Assembly: GCF_025526975.1 (NCBI RefSeq)
Contig: NW_026515676.1
Coordinates: forward strand, 372,001-436,000
Length of the DNA stretch: 64,000 nucleotides
Direction of reading: 5' to 3'
DNA from: Fimicolochytrium jonesii
Lineage: Eukaryota
Below the pieces are notes generated by a model that searched no databases, had not been told where the DNA came from, and worked only from the letters and a program-made list of their open reading frames with translations. Made by a program: the position numbers and the translations under genes. This document shows positions 51,975-61,883 of the stretch, in pieces (position 1 is the first letter of the stretch; each line of letters opens with the position of its first letter).

Positions 51975-54900
51975 CTACCGGTTACGGGAGAATGCGTCTG
52001 GTCTGCGGCCATCAATGCCAAACACCACCGAGCGCACAATCGAGAGGAAATTCTTGGTGCTCAGGACGTCCCGATTGTGCACTCTCATCCGTAGTCGTAG
52101 TGGTTGTCTTCTTCCAGGAATCTCAAATGGCGTCCAGTCTTGGTTGATACATTCGGGGTTGGGGCAACCCACCAATCCGTGGACGAATTCCATTCTTCCC
52201 TTTCTAGCTTGCCACGGCCGAGACGACAGCCGGCGTCGGATGTTTTTCTTCACACGCCCGTGGCAGTCTGGGCACACGGAAGACGTTCGATACTCATCTA
52301 GCAAGTAGCATGGAATGCTGTTTCTTGCAAAGAGTGTGCGGAATCTGATTTCCATGATGATGAGTTAGCATATTATAATACACAGTAGGTACTACCAATG
52401 ATAGTCTAGTCACTCACCCTTTGGTCTTTGATGACTCCTGAAAGCGCATGGTTTTTCCAGCGTCGCTCCAATCACCCAAGATGACCGAAAAATGCTTTCC
52501 ATACAGGCGTCGCATGTTCTTGATGAGCTTGCTCTCAGACTTTTGCCGCAGTGAGAATGCCTTGAATCTGCAAGCGACGTGAATCTCATCCCGGTAAAAC
52601 TCATCCAGGGCGGGATCTGGGATATGGATGGATGTCAGCCCATGTATTACTAAATTTGAAGACAGCGCATAATACATCATACCTGCATGTATGTGATCCA
52701 CAATGAACGCTGAGAACACCTCGATGTTCATGCTCTTGTGCGACGGAATACGCGATTCCATCTCAGCGACGCCGGCATTGATCCTACGCTCTCTCATGTC
52801 TCTTTGAAAGTACCGCGACTTTGTCTCAACCGCCCGTTGATTGGATGTGTATCTGGTACGGGGTGGTGTTTTGTGAGTTTTGTGAGAATGCGGCAACAGA
52901 TGGTGGGGATGGTGAAGGGGGGGGGGGGGGGGGGATGGTGGGACGGGGACGAGGACAGGGTTGAGGAGGGCGTTGATTGGGATAGCGGCGACAGTGGGGA
53001 CAGCGGCGACAGCGGGGACAGCGGAGCGGGGACAGCGGCGACAGCGGGGACCGCGGCAACAGCGGGGATAGCGGAGCGGGGACAGCGGGGACAGCGGCGA
53101 CAGCGGGGATAGCGGAGCGGGGACAGTGGCGACAGCGGGGACAGCGGCGACAACACATCCCATGCCGGTTGACCTCCCGCAAGCGGCGGTCGTGCTCAGC
53201 ACAGGAAGCGTTGAGATCAGCGATGGCGGAAGTTGATAGCATAAAGTTGATGGCGTAACCAACAGCGGCGACAGCGGGGACAGCGGGGACAGCGGGGACA
53301 GCGGCGACAGCGGCGACAGCGGGGAGGGACAGCGGGGACAGCGGGGCAGTAGTAATCAACTGAAACGTACCTAAATGGCCGCTCCTTCTTGATGTCTCGA
53401 CAGAACAAGAGGTCACGCTTGCCCGGATCAATGCTGACGATGTTTGGAGCCTCCCGTAGTTCGGCGATGTGGTGCTCAAAATACAGCTGCTTGACTTCTT
53501 CCCGCATTTGGGCCTTGCTGCGCTTCCGGGCCCGATGCCCATACTTGAGCCCTGGCTTCTTGAAGTGGATGGTAGCAGAATACCCGTTTGTGCTGATTGA
53601 CCCATCAAATTTGAGACCAAGCTTCTTTCGATCCTTGAAGACCTTGTCCTGCAATCCGTCATTCAGTGAGGTGAGGTGAGTGAAATAAGCGCAGAGGGAT
53701 AGAGACTTACATTCACGTTGAGAAACTGCCCCCACAGCGCCTGTTATGAATGGGCGGAGCCGATGGAAATAGAGGCGACTTGTGGTGCAGGTTGTTGACA
53801 GGTAATGGTATTCAGACCGAAACAAGAACTAGAACAAGACTAGGAAGAACTGGTGTTGATCTGCTGGGGGATCAGGAAGTGGGGAGCTCAGGGGAGGCGG
53901 CTATTTATGTTTTTCTGGGAAGGCTGGGGAAGCGTGGGGAAGCAGAAGGGTATGGAATGAGAGGGAAGCCAAGAGAAGCGCCAAGGGTGGGGAAGCATAG
54001 AAACAGAAGACTGGGGATGGGGTGGCTACGCTGAGGCTGTGGGCGGGTACGTGGGGAAGTATGGAGAAGGGTTTGTAAGCGCCGAGTGTTGGGAGGTGTG
54101 GCTACGTGCGGCTGCCTGGAGAAATGAAGGCAGTAGGCAGGTGTGGGGTAGCGCGGCTGCGTGCGGCTGCGAGGTTTGGCAGATGTCAGGTTTTGACAGG
54201 GAATTGACATTGACTGACTGTTGGGATGCTGTCATGAGGTAAGCGCATGGTATGGACGCGTCGTCCATAACATCACCCCCTCCTTTAGCCACGGCGTCCG
54301 GATGTTGTTTTGATGTTGGCAGGCTTTGGTCGGGGTTTGTCGGGGTACTTTTGGTGGAACTGGGCAACAAGCTCTTGACATCGGGCAAGGTGTTCCACTG
54401 GCTCCCATGTGTTCTCCGAGCTTGGCCAACCCTGCCACTTGATGAGGTACTGAAGGTGCGTGCGTCGAATACGGGAGTCAAGAATGTCTTCCACAATCCA
54501 TTCCTCCTGTCCTTCGACTTCTTCTGGTGGGGTGGGTTCTGGCTCAGTTCGCTCCGGAATGGTGAAACGTGGTTCAAGAAGGGAGACATGGAAGACGTTG
54601 TGAATTTTGTAGGATGGGGGAAGCTTGAGGCGATATGTGACCGAGTTGATCTTCTCCGTGATTGTGAAGGGGCCAATCTTACGGTGATCAAGTTTCTGGG
54701 AAGGTCGGAGAGTCTTGAGATTCCGCTGTAAGAGCCAGACACTGTCCCCGGGTTTCATGTCTGGGCCAGGTGCCCTCTTAGCATCGGCAAAGCGCTTCAT
54801 GCGTCCTTGGGCCTCCTTGAGCTCAGTGGCAAGCTGTTCATGGATTTCCTTGAGATGGTTGGCACGAGCTTTGGCTGCAGGATTAAGGGATTCGGTTGTG

Positions 54901-57900
54901 GTGGCGGAAGCCAGACTGAATCGAGGATGGAACCCATAGTTGGCGTAGAAGGGGGTTGTCTGGGTGGCGGAGTGGATGGTGTTATTGTAAGAGAACTCAG
55001 CAGAAGACAAGAGTTCCTTCCAGTTATCTTCTTGATAGTTGCAAAAGCAGCGAAGGTATTGCTCAAGAATCTGATTGGTCCGCTCGGTTTGTCCATCGCT
55101 CTGGGGATGGAACGCCGATGAGAGGTTGACCTTGGTTCCCAGGAGAGCGAAGAGACGTTTCCAGAAGTGGGAGTTGAACTGTGGGCCACGGTCAGATACA
55201 ATATCGTCGGGGAGTCCATGGAGCCGGATGACATGGTGCCAGATCAGATCTGCAGTTGACTCAGCGGTGGCAGTTTTCCTGCACGGTACAAAGTGCGCCA
55301 TCTTGGTGAACCGGCAGATGACAACGAGCACAGAATCAACCCCATCACTGGCGGGTAGATCCGTGATGAAGTCCATGGAAATTGACCCCCAGGGGCGGTC
55401 AGGGACCTGCAGGGGTTGGAGGAGACCGTAGGGCTTGTGTCTGCTGGTCTTGGCTTGAGCACATACGTCGCAGGACCTGATGTAGGACTTGACAAAACGC
55501 CACTGGCTAGGCCACCAGTAGTTGCGTGAGATGAGCTCCAGGGTCTTTGACATGCCGTAGTGTCCTGCCAAACGCGTGTCATGCATGTCCCGGCAGATCT
55601 CAGCACGGAGCTTGTTGGTGGGGACGTAGACAAGGTTGTCGTACAGCAGAACCCCATTTTCCTCGGAGAATCGCTTTATCCGTTCTTGGTCTTCTTGAGA
55701 TTGCTGGGCAATGGGGGCCCTAAGCTGTCGCCGGATGGTTTGCGCAAACACATCGGATGCCAGGGCAGCTTTGATTTGGTCAAGGAGCGAGGAGTCCAGT
55801 GGGGTCAGATGTGGCGGCCAGGCGGAGATGGTCAGGGGTGAGGATCGTGGTTTCCTGGGAGCGGAATGCTTCTTCCCCCTCCCTTGGCTCGTATTCAGAG
55901 CGACGAGAGAGGGCGTCAGCTTGGTGTTGCTGGGTACCAGGGCGGTATGTGATGACAAAGTCGAAATCAGCAAAGAAGATTGACCAGCGGGATTGGCGGC
56001 GGTTGAGGGTACGGGTAGTCATGAAGTACTGGAGGTTCTTGTGGTCACAGTAAACGATGACCTTGTGGCGGGCACCAATGAGGTGGTGTCGCCATTGAGC
56101 AAATGAGTCTTGGATAGCCAGGAGTTCCTTGTTGTAGATCTCATAGTTGATTTCCTCAGGAGTAAATTTGCGGGAGTGAAAGGCCACGGGGTGGAGTTGA
56201 TCTGTGTCATCGGGTTGAAGGAGGACGGCGCCAAGGGCAAAGTCGGAGGCATCGGATTCGACAATGAAGGGCTTGTCAGGGTCGGGGTGAGTCAGGATAG
56301 GTGCGGAGGTGAAGGCTTTCTTGAGGGTTTCAAAAGCTAGGTGTGCAGCGTGGGTCCATTTGAATGGCAAGTCTTTGTGAGTGAGCGTGGTCAGGGGTGC
56401 AACGATCGCAGAGTACCCTTTGATGAATCGCCGGTAGAAGTTGGCAAAACCCAGGAAGCGCTGGATGCCTTTGACATTCGTCGGGGGTTCCCATTCGGTA
56501 ATGGCAGCCGTCTTCTTTGGGTCCATGGAAATGCCTTGCTGGGAGATGATAAACCCCAGGAACTCAACAGAGTCACGGTTGAATTCGCATTTTTCCGGTT
56601 TCGCATACAGCCCGTGCTGGCGGAGTCGTGAGAGCACCTCTCGGACGTGGTTGGGGTGGTCTTCTGGGTTTTTTGAGAAGATCAGAATGTCGTCAAGGTA
56701 GACCACAACAAAAACGTCGAGAATGTCACGGAATATGTCGTTCATGAGGTGTTGGAATACTCCAGGGGCATTGGTGAGCCCAAACGGCATGACATTATAC
56801 TCGAATAGGCCGTAGCGACATCGGAACGCTGTCTTCCATTCATCCCCTGGCCGGATCCGAAGAAGGTTGTAGGCTCCCCGGAGGTCAATCTTGGTGAGCC
56901 GGCGTGCCCCTCGAAGACAATCCATGATGCTGTTAATCAAGGGCAAGGGATAGCGATTCTTGATGGTGATATTGTTGAGTCCACGATAGTCGACGCACAG
57001 ACGGAGGGAACCGTCCTTTTTCTTGACAAAGAGGACTGGGGCACCGGCGGGAGACTTGGAGTGCTTGATGAACCCCTTAGCTAGGTTCTCTTCAAGGTAG
57101 TCACAGAGTGCCTGCATTTCAGGCTCGCTGAGACTATAGATCGGGCCGAACGGTGGCTGTTTGCCCTCTTCTAAGTCGATGGGACAGTCGTAGGGTCGGT
57201 GCTCTGGGAGGGTATCCGCGTTCTTCTTGGCAAAGACGTCCGCAAAATCTTGGTATTCTTCAGGAATGATGGCCTTCGGATCTTTTGGAGGAGTGGTCGC
57301 CAGGGCTTGGGAATCTGACTTGGTCGGATTGGCGTAGGCAATGAATGCCTGGTCATGCCTTGCCGCCACACGGAAAGCTGGGGCGCTGATAAACGATACG
57401 TGGATCGGTGTGGGTGCTGGGTCCAGTGTGTTGGGTGTCTGGGCTAGGGAGACTGAAATCTCGTCTTGATGGATACGGATCAGAGGCTCAGGGGTTTTTG
57501 AGGGCTTCGGGCTAGGTTCTGTTGGCAGGGCATCCCAGGAGGCGTATTGTCCAAAACCGCAATGGCAGCGGACGCAAAGAGTGCGAGTCTTCCAGTGTAG
57601 CTCCACATCATGGAGCTCAAACCAGGGAATCCCCAGGATGATTGGCGCATGCGGGGAACATGTCACATGGAATACCACCTCCTCAAAATGGTCGTTGACC
57701 CACATGCCCAAAGGTTGGGTGTGATGGGTAATGGAGCCCGCATGGCTGGGACGTCCGTCAACCAGTTCAAGCGCAATGGGGTCCTCCTTCTTGACAAGTG
57801 GGATGCGGTGCTTGCGGGCATAACTTTCGTTGATGAAGCACGACATCGCACCGGTGTCGAGTAGTGCTGAAAGCTGAACTGGAGCTCGCTGGGCCGATAT

Positions 57901-60900
57901 CTGCAGGGTAACAGGGTACTCGAATGGTGAGGATGGGCCCAAAGTCCGCATGGGTGAGGGTATCTCAGATAGGAGATTGACATTGTTGGTGGTCAGGAGA
58001 AGGGTGTTGCTGGAGATGCCAGGATCGGAGCAAGGTTTTGTGGCTTCTCCCTTGGCAGTACTTGCGTGGTGAGAAGGCCCAGGACAGGTGTTGCCCAGCT
58101 GCTCGGCCTTTACTGCAGCTGGACTTGGGCAAAATCCTGGATGGGTGCAGGTTCCTTAACCGCAACATTCGCCGTGCGTGGTTTGTTCGGGCAGAGTTTG
58201 GCTATGTGGCCGGGTTTACCACAATAGAGGCAAAGTTTGTTTGTGATGCGGTGTTGGCGCTCTAGCGGTGTGAGGGGTCCTCGCGGACGAGCAGCGTCAA
58301 TGATCATAGGGTCGTCTGGGCGGTTGTCGGGGCTCATGAGGGTGGGGCTAGTGGTAACTGGCACATATGGCTGTCGGTTCCTGCTTCGCTCTAGACGGCG
58401 CTCAAACAATCGGTTGTCACATTGGATGGCCTGTTCCATCACGGTGTTGATTGAGGCGGTAGGGGGCATCGTGAGCATTAAGTCCTTGACGTCTTCTTTG
58501 AGGCCGCGACGGAAGGTGGCAATCAATGCCTGGTCATTCCACGACACATCGCATTGCAGCTGTCGGAATTCAGCTACATACTCTGTTGCTGCACGGGTTT
58601 GTCGAAGGTTCTGGAGCTTGTTTTCGGATGTGCGGATCCTGTCGCTGTCTCCAAAGACTGCTTGCATTTGCTGGATGAAATCATCCAGGTTCGTAAGGGA
58701 ATGATGGTCTTGTTCGACAAGGGGCGCCAGCCAGGCCTGGGCGGTGCCAGTGAGGTAGGTGCCAATAGTTCGTATCTTGGTCTGATCGGTGGGGTAGCGC
58801 CTGGGTTGGAGGGCGAACATGAGCCGGATCTGGTTGAGGAACCCACGGAACTTGCTTCGGGTGCCATCAAATTTGTCTGGGAGACTGATTTTGGGTTCAG
58901 GGGCAGTGGTCTGGGTTTGCGCTAGTTCGGCTTGTAGGGTGGTATTCTGTGCTCGAAGTTCGTCAATCGCATTGCACATGGCTTGCCAGGCTTCGGCCGT
59001 GAGGGGAAGGGCGTCGGACATGGTGATTTGGCGTGGAGGTACAGCGGCTGGGGGTTGTTGAGCAGATCAAACTGTTATGAATGGGCGGAGCCGATGGAAA
59101 TAGAGGCGACTTGTGGTGCAGGTTGTTGACAGGTAATGGTTTTCAGACCGAAACAAGAACTAGAACAAGACTAGGAAGAACCGGTGTTGATCTGCTGGGG
59201 GATCAGGAAGTGGGGAGCTCAGGGGAGGCGGCTATTTATGTTTTTCTGGGAAGGCTGGGGAAGCGTGGGGAAGCAGAAGGGTATGGAATGAGAGGGAAGC
59301 CAAGAGAAGCGCCAAGGGTGGGGAAGCATAGAAACAGAAGACTGGGGATGGGGTGGCTACGCTGAGGCTGTGGGCGGGTACGTGGGGAAGTATGGAGAAG
59401 GGTTTGTAAGCGCCGAGTGTTGGGAGGTGTGGCTACGTGCGGCTGCGTGGAGAAATGAAGGCAGTAGCAGGTGTGGGGTAGCGCGGCTGCGTGCGGCTGC
59501 GAGGTTTGGCAGATGTCAGGTTTTGACAGGGAATTGACATTGACTGACTGTTGGGATGCTGTCATGAGGTAAGCGCATGGTATGGACGCGTCGTCCATAA
59601 CAGCTCCCGCTTGCGTTCATCGGTGAATTCCCCCATGCGACGTTGGCTCAAACCCAGGATATGAATGGCTAGGATCAGCGTGTCGATCCGAACAGATGAC
59701 TGGATTCGAGATTTGCGCAGCGGGATAGCGGAAAACAGCCGCATTCCACGGCGCTCATGGAGGCGTGAGAGCTCACAATAGGCACCTGTGATGAGGCGAG
59801 GCAGGTGCGGACCATGATTAGCCGAAAGAGGAAGCCGTGGGGTGGGGGGAGGGGAGGAGGGGGGGGGGGGGTTCGCTTCCTGTCGGTCAACATGCCGAGC
59901 CTGCTGCTGCCCCGGTCGCCTAGCGAGGACCCGCGCACTTCGCTGACGGAGAAGGAACGGACGGAGAAGGCGGATAACACCTGCGTCGTCACTTTGGCCA
60001 GACCCCTCACACCGGCCCGCTGTCGACTCCCACCACAGCACACCATCATGCCCACTATGAACCCATCCCTGCTCACTTTGGGTCTGACCCTCCTCCCCCT
60101 TATCGCCGGGCAACCCCTCCCCACCCCCGTCGCTCCCGCCCCCGTCGGACCGATTATCCCTCCTCCGGTCGTTGTGCAGCTGCCGCCGGCTGCTAGTCCG
60201 GTTGTAAACCCGGGGATTCCGCCCGTTGTTACTCCGGGGGCGACCGCGGCTCCCGGAGTGGTGGCACCCGCGCCGAGTCCGATTGGGCCAGGGGGTTGTA
60301 AAACGATATCGCCGACTTCGTTGTGTAAAGTCCCAGTGCTGCTGTATGCCCACCGCTGTATGCCCGCTGCCGCGCGATGTGGGCTTGAGCGTCTATGTTC
60401 GGCACGCGGCGAACACGTCGTCGGCGATGGCAACAGCGCATCACAAACCACGTTGGCCGGGGTCCCGGCGCGCAGCCATTCGGCCAGGTCGGCGTACTAA
60501 GCGAGGCGCTTGCTTGCGTCGCTGCGCAGCCACGCACGGGCCAGAGGAAGGGGAGGGGGGGTTGATAAATATACAGGATGCAACTCACCTAAATATGGCA
60601 TTGCGTCCACCGCAAGGCTGTACGCAAGGGGCTCATCCTGGGGAGGAAACAGAGCCCACAGCTCTTTGAGGATTGTCCGCTCAAGTCGTGTGAGGCTGCC
60701 AAACTCCTCTTCCGTCGGAAACTCTTCAAACGTCGCAAATTTTGTAAATGGACGGACCCGCTGATAATACTGTCTCCGCTGCGCTTGGTTGGCTCTGGCT
60801 CTACGGAGATGCAGAACGACTTGCTTCAAACCAATCCTTTCGTTAACGTAGCGCAGAAACATTTGCATAAAATGCTCTTGTACGTTAACTTTGAGGTTGG

Positions 60901-61743
60901 TGAAGATGCTCTGAGCCGTGTACGCTGCGGTCTGTTGGCAATACCGCATGCGTATGGGGGCGAATCCGTGAACATCGCAGTACTCTTGAACCCGTGGACG
61001 CAACTCTTGCGCGATGATCGGACTGCCATTGTAGCCTGGGTTGTTTAGCAGCTCAAATATCACACTGATGTGCTTGTCGGTGATGTCCGGGAAATCGTGT
61101 AGAGGATGATCAGCTGTGGTGGGCGGACGTAGTAGTCAGGACATTGTTATGGGAAATATTATGGGAAACATACAGTGTACCTCAAAAACTCACCAAGATA
61201 GTACTTGAGAAAGAAGGTGGTGTGGCGCGCAAGGACGTGAACATTGCCGATGAATGTTGTCAGGCGCTCCCTTTGAATTTGATTTTGATTATGGATTCGG
61301 TGAAGCGAAACCTTGGTGCATGCATGTGTCTGCCGGGGTCGTTGAGCGGGTGGTGGTGGCGGGGGTTCATACACCAGGGATCCACCCGGTGTGCTGGGAA
61401 AACGGAAAGGGATGGGCGCGAGGAGGTTCAGTGGGCGCTGCAGACCCCTGTCCGCGGGTGAAAGCCCTCGCTGCGGCTGCTGCTGCTGCCCGTCTTCATC
61501 GCCGGAGCTCTCGCCGGAACTCTCGCTAACCATGTCTGCAATTGCTTGGGGCAAGTGGCGTTGGACAGACGGTGGGAATTCGAATCGCGGGGGTGGTTGC
61601 AATGGTGTCTGCACAGCGGTTGGCAGACGTATGGGCAACCGCGGGGTAACCGGAGCAACCTTTCTCCTCTTCCGCCGTGGAGTGGTAGCTCCGGTAAAGA
61701 TGCCACACCACAGGTGCCCCTGGAGCGCCTGGTGTGATGGCAT
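51975..61743 (-). CDS. Fz1: Fanzor1 (TnpB-like RNA-guided RuvC endonuclease), 7 exons, disrupted by an LTR retrotransposon; reconstructed 766 aa
   Basis: Exons 61743-61194, 61113-60589, 59785-59603 + 53736-53711, 53648-53371, 52852-52683, 52616-52418, 52344-51975 total 2301 nt in one frame. Motifs: FSAIPLRKS..VRIDT, FDGSISTNG, VSIDPGKRDLL (RuvC-I), FRYTSNQRAVETKS, VILGDWS, LLDEYRTSSVCPDC, HGLVGCPNPEC, NRDVLSTKNF (RuvC-III), RPDAFSR. Confidence 0.9.
52980..53347. repeat. 9-bp GC-rich minisatellite (GACAGCGGG/GACAGCGGC) in two blocks inside Fanzor intron 4
   Basis: Tandem units at ~52980-53150 and ~53262-53347; poly-G run at ~52917-52934. Confidence 0.9.
53742..54272 (-). repeat. 3' LTR
   Basis: TGTTATG...CATAACA; near-identical to 59073-59602. 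Confidence 0.96.
54285..55820 (-). CDS. Retrotransposon integrase + chromodomain (out of frame with RT/RH)
   Basis: HDTRLAGH...CDVC zinc finger, ISMDFITDLP, IVSDRGPQF, HPQSDGQTERTNQ, GPF, WIVEDILDSR...YLIKWQGWPSSENTWEP. Confidence 0.93.
   Translation of the reverse strand, partial: WPPHLTPLDSSLLDQIKAALASDVFAQTIRRQLRAPIAQQSQEDQERIKRFSEENGVLLYDNLVYVPTNKLRAEICRDMHDTRLAGHYGMSKTLELISRNYWWPSQWRFVKSYIRSCDVCAQAKTSRHKPYGLLQPLQVPDRPWGSISMDFITDLPASDGVDSVLVVICRFTKMAHFVPCRKTATAESTADLIWHHVIRLHGLPDDIVSDRGPQFNSHFWKRLFALLGTKVNLSSAFHPQSDGQTERTNQILEQYLRCFCNYQEDNWKELLSSAEFSYNNTIHSATQTTPFYANYGFHPRFSLASATTTESLNPAAKARANHLKEIHEQLATELKEAQGRMKRFADAKRAPGPDMKPGDSVWLLQRNLKTLRPSQKLDHRKIGPFTITEKINSVTYRLKLPPSYKIHNVFHVSLLEPRFTIPERTEPEPTPPEEVEGQEEWIVEDILDSRIRRTHLQYLIKWQGWPSSENTWEPVEHLARCQELVAQFHQKYPDKPRPKPANIKTTSGRRG
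55780..58137 (-). CDS. Retrotransposon pol: protease, reverse transcriptase, RNase H (frame opens across the gag end)
   Basis: ALLDTGA, LRLCVDYRGLN, MPFGLTNAP, VYLDDILIFS, VESDASDFALGAVL, DHKNL, ADALSR. Confidence 0.95.
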   Translation of the reverse strand, partial: GFCPSPAAVKAEQLGNTCPGPSHHASTAKGEATKPCSDPGISSNTLLLTTNNVNLLSEIPSPMRTLGPSSPFEYPVTLQISAQRAPVQLSALLDTGAMSCFINESYARKHRIPLVKKEDPIALELVDGRPSHAGSITHHTQPLGMWVNDHFEEVVFHVTCSPHAPIILGIPWFELHDVELHWKTRTLCVRCHCGFGQYASWDALPTEPSPKPSKTPEPLIRIHQDEISVSLAQTPNTLDPAPTPIHVSFISAPAFRVAARHDQAFIAYANPTKSDSQALATTPPKDPKAIIPEEYQDFADVFAKKNADTLPEHRPYDCPIDLEEGKQPPFGPIYSLSEPEMQALCDYLEENLAKGFIKHSKSPAGAPVLFVKKKDGSLRLCVDYRGLNNITIKNRYPLPLINSIMDCLRGARRLTKIDLRGAYNLLRIRPGDEWKTAFRCRYGLFEYNVMPFGLTNAPGVFQHLMNDIFRDILDVFVVVYLDDILIFSKNPEDHPNHVREVLSRLRQHGLYAKPEKCEFNRDSVEFLGFIISQQGISMDPKKTAAITEWEPPTNVKGIQRFLGFANFYRRFIKGYSAIVAPLTTLTHKDLPFKWTHAAHLAFETLKKAFTSAPILTHPDPDKPFIVESDASDFALGAVLLQPDDTDQLHPVAFHSRKFTPEEINYEIYNKELLAIQDSFAQWRHHLIGARHKVIVYCDHKNLQYFMTTRTLNRRQSRWSIFFADFDFVITYRPGTQQHQADALSRRSEYEPREGEEAFRSQETTILTPDHLRLAATSDPTGLLAP
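58110..59021 (-). CDS. Retrotransposon gag
   Basis: LPDKFDGTRSKFRGFLNQ, LQNLRQT...YVAEFRQL, zinc knuckle CLYCGKPGHIAKLC. Confidence 0.95.
   Translation of the reverse strand: MSDALPLTAEAWQAMCNAIDELRAQNTTLQAELAQTQTTAPEPKISLPDKFDGTRSKFRGFLNQIRLMFALQPRRYPTDQTKIRTIGTYLTGTAQAWLAPLVEQDHHSLTNLDDFIQQMQAVFGDSDRIRTSENKLQNLRQTRAATEYVAEFRQLQCDVSWNDQALIATFRRGLKEDVKDLMLTMPPTASINTVMEQAIQCDNRLFERRLERSRNRQPYVPVTTSPTLMSPDNRPDDPMIIDAARPRGPLTPLERQHRITNKLCLYCGKPGHIAKLCPNKPRTANVAVKEPAPIQDFAQVQLQ
59073..59602 (-). repeat. 5' LTR
   Basis: TGTTATG...CATAACA; TATA-like CATAAATA on the minus strand at 59233-59240. Confidence 0.96.
60048..60500 (+). CDS. Putative small secreted Pro-rich/Cys-containing protein nested antisense in Fanzor intron 2
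   Basis: MPTMNPSLLTLGLTLLPLIAG|QP signal-like N-terminus, P/V/A-rich stretch, then 5 Cys; ORF lies wholly within intron 59786-60588. Confidence 0.45.
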   Translation: MPTMNPSLLTLGLTLLPLIAGQPLPTPVAPAPVGPIIPPPVVVQLPPAASPVVNPGIPPVVTPGATAAPGVVAPAPSPIGPGGCKTISPTSLCKVPVLLYAHRCMPAAARCGLERLCSARGEHVVGDGNSASQTTLAGVPARSHSARSAY

Positions 61744-61883
61744 GATGGCCGTGCTGTGCTGTGCTGTGCAGGCAAGTGGTGAGATCAAGGGGACCGAGCA
61801 AGGGGACCGAGCAACACATCCTGCTTACCTGCGATGTGTTGAAGTCTTTTAGAGATTGGTTGGGGGTTTGCCTTGATGTGCGA

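Larger units (their letters stand above)
53742..59602 (-). mobile_element. Full-length Ty3/Gypsy chromovirus LTR retrotransposon
   Basis: Two ~530-bp TG...CA LTRs; gag-PR-RT-RH-INT-chromodomain order; PPT AAAGGAGGGGG next to the 3' LTR; 5-bp TSD GCGCC/GCTCC (1 mismatch). Confidence 0.97.

Noticed and set aside
52980..53347. Repeat-spacer-repeat pattern near an RNA-guided nuclease, as a possible CRISPR array
   Set aside because: Units are 9-bp tandem repeats without regular unique spacers; it is an intronic minisatellite
52414..53662. ORFs with PAVAAVPA / PLSPLSP / RCPRC repeats
   Set aside because: Translations of the intron-4 minisatellite; splicing removes them
53750..54242. Duplicated small ORFs at 53750/59081 and 53905/59236
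   Set aside because: Incidental frames within the two LTRs
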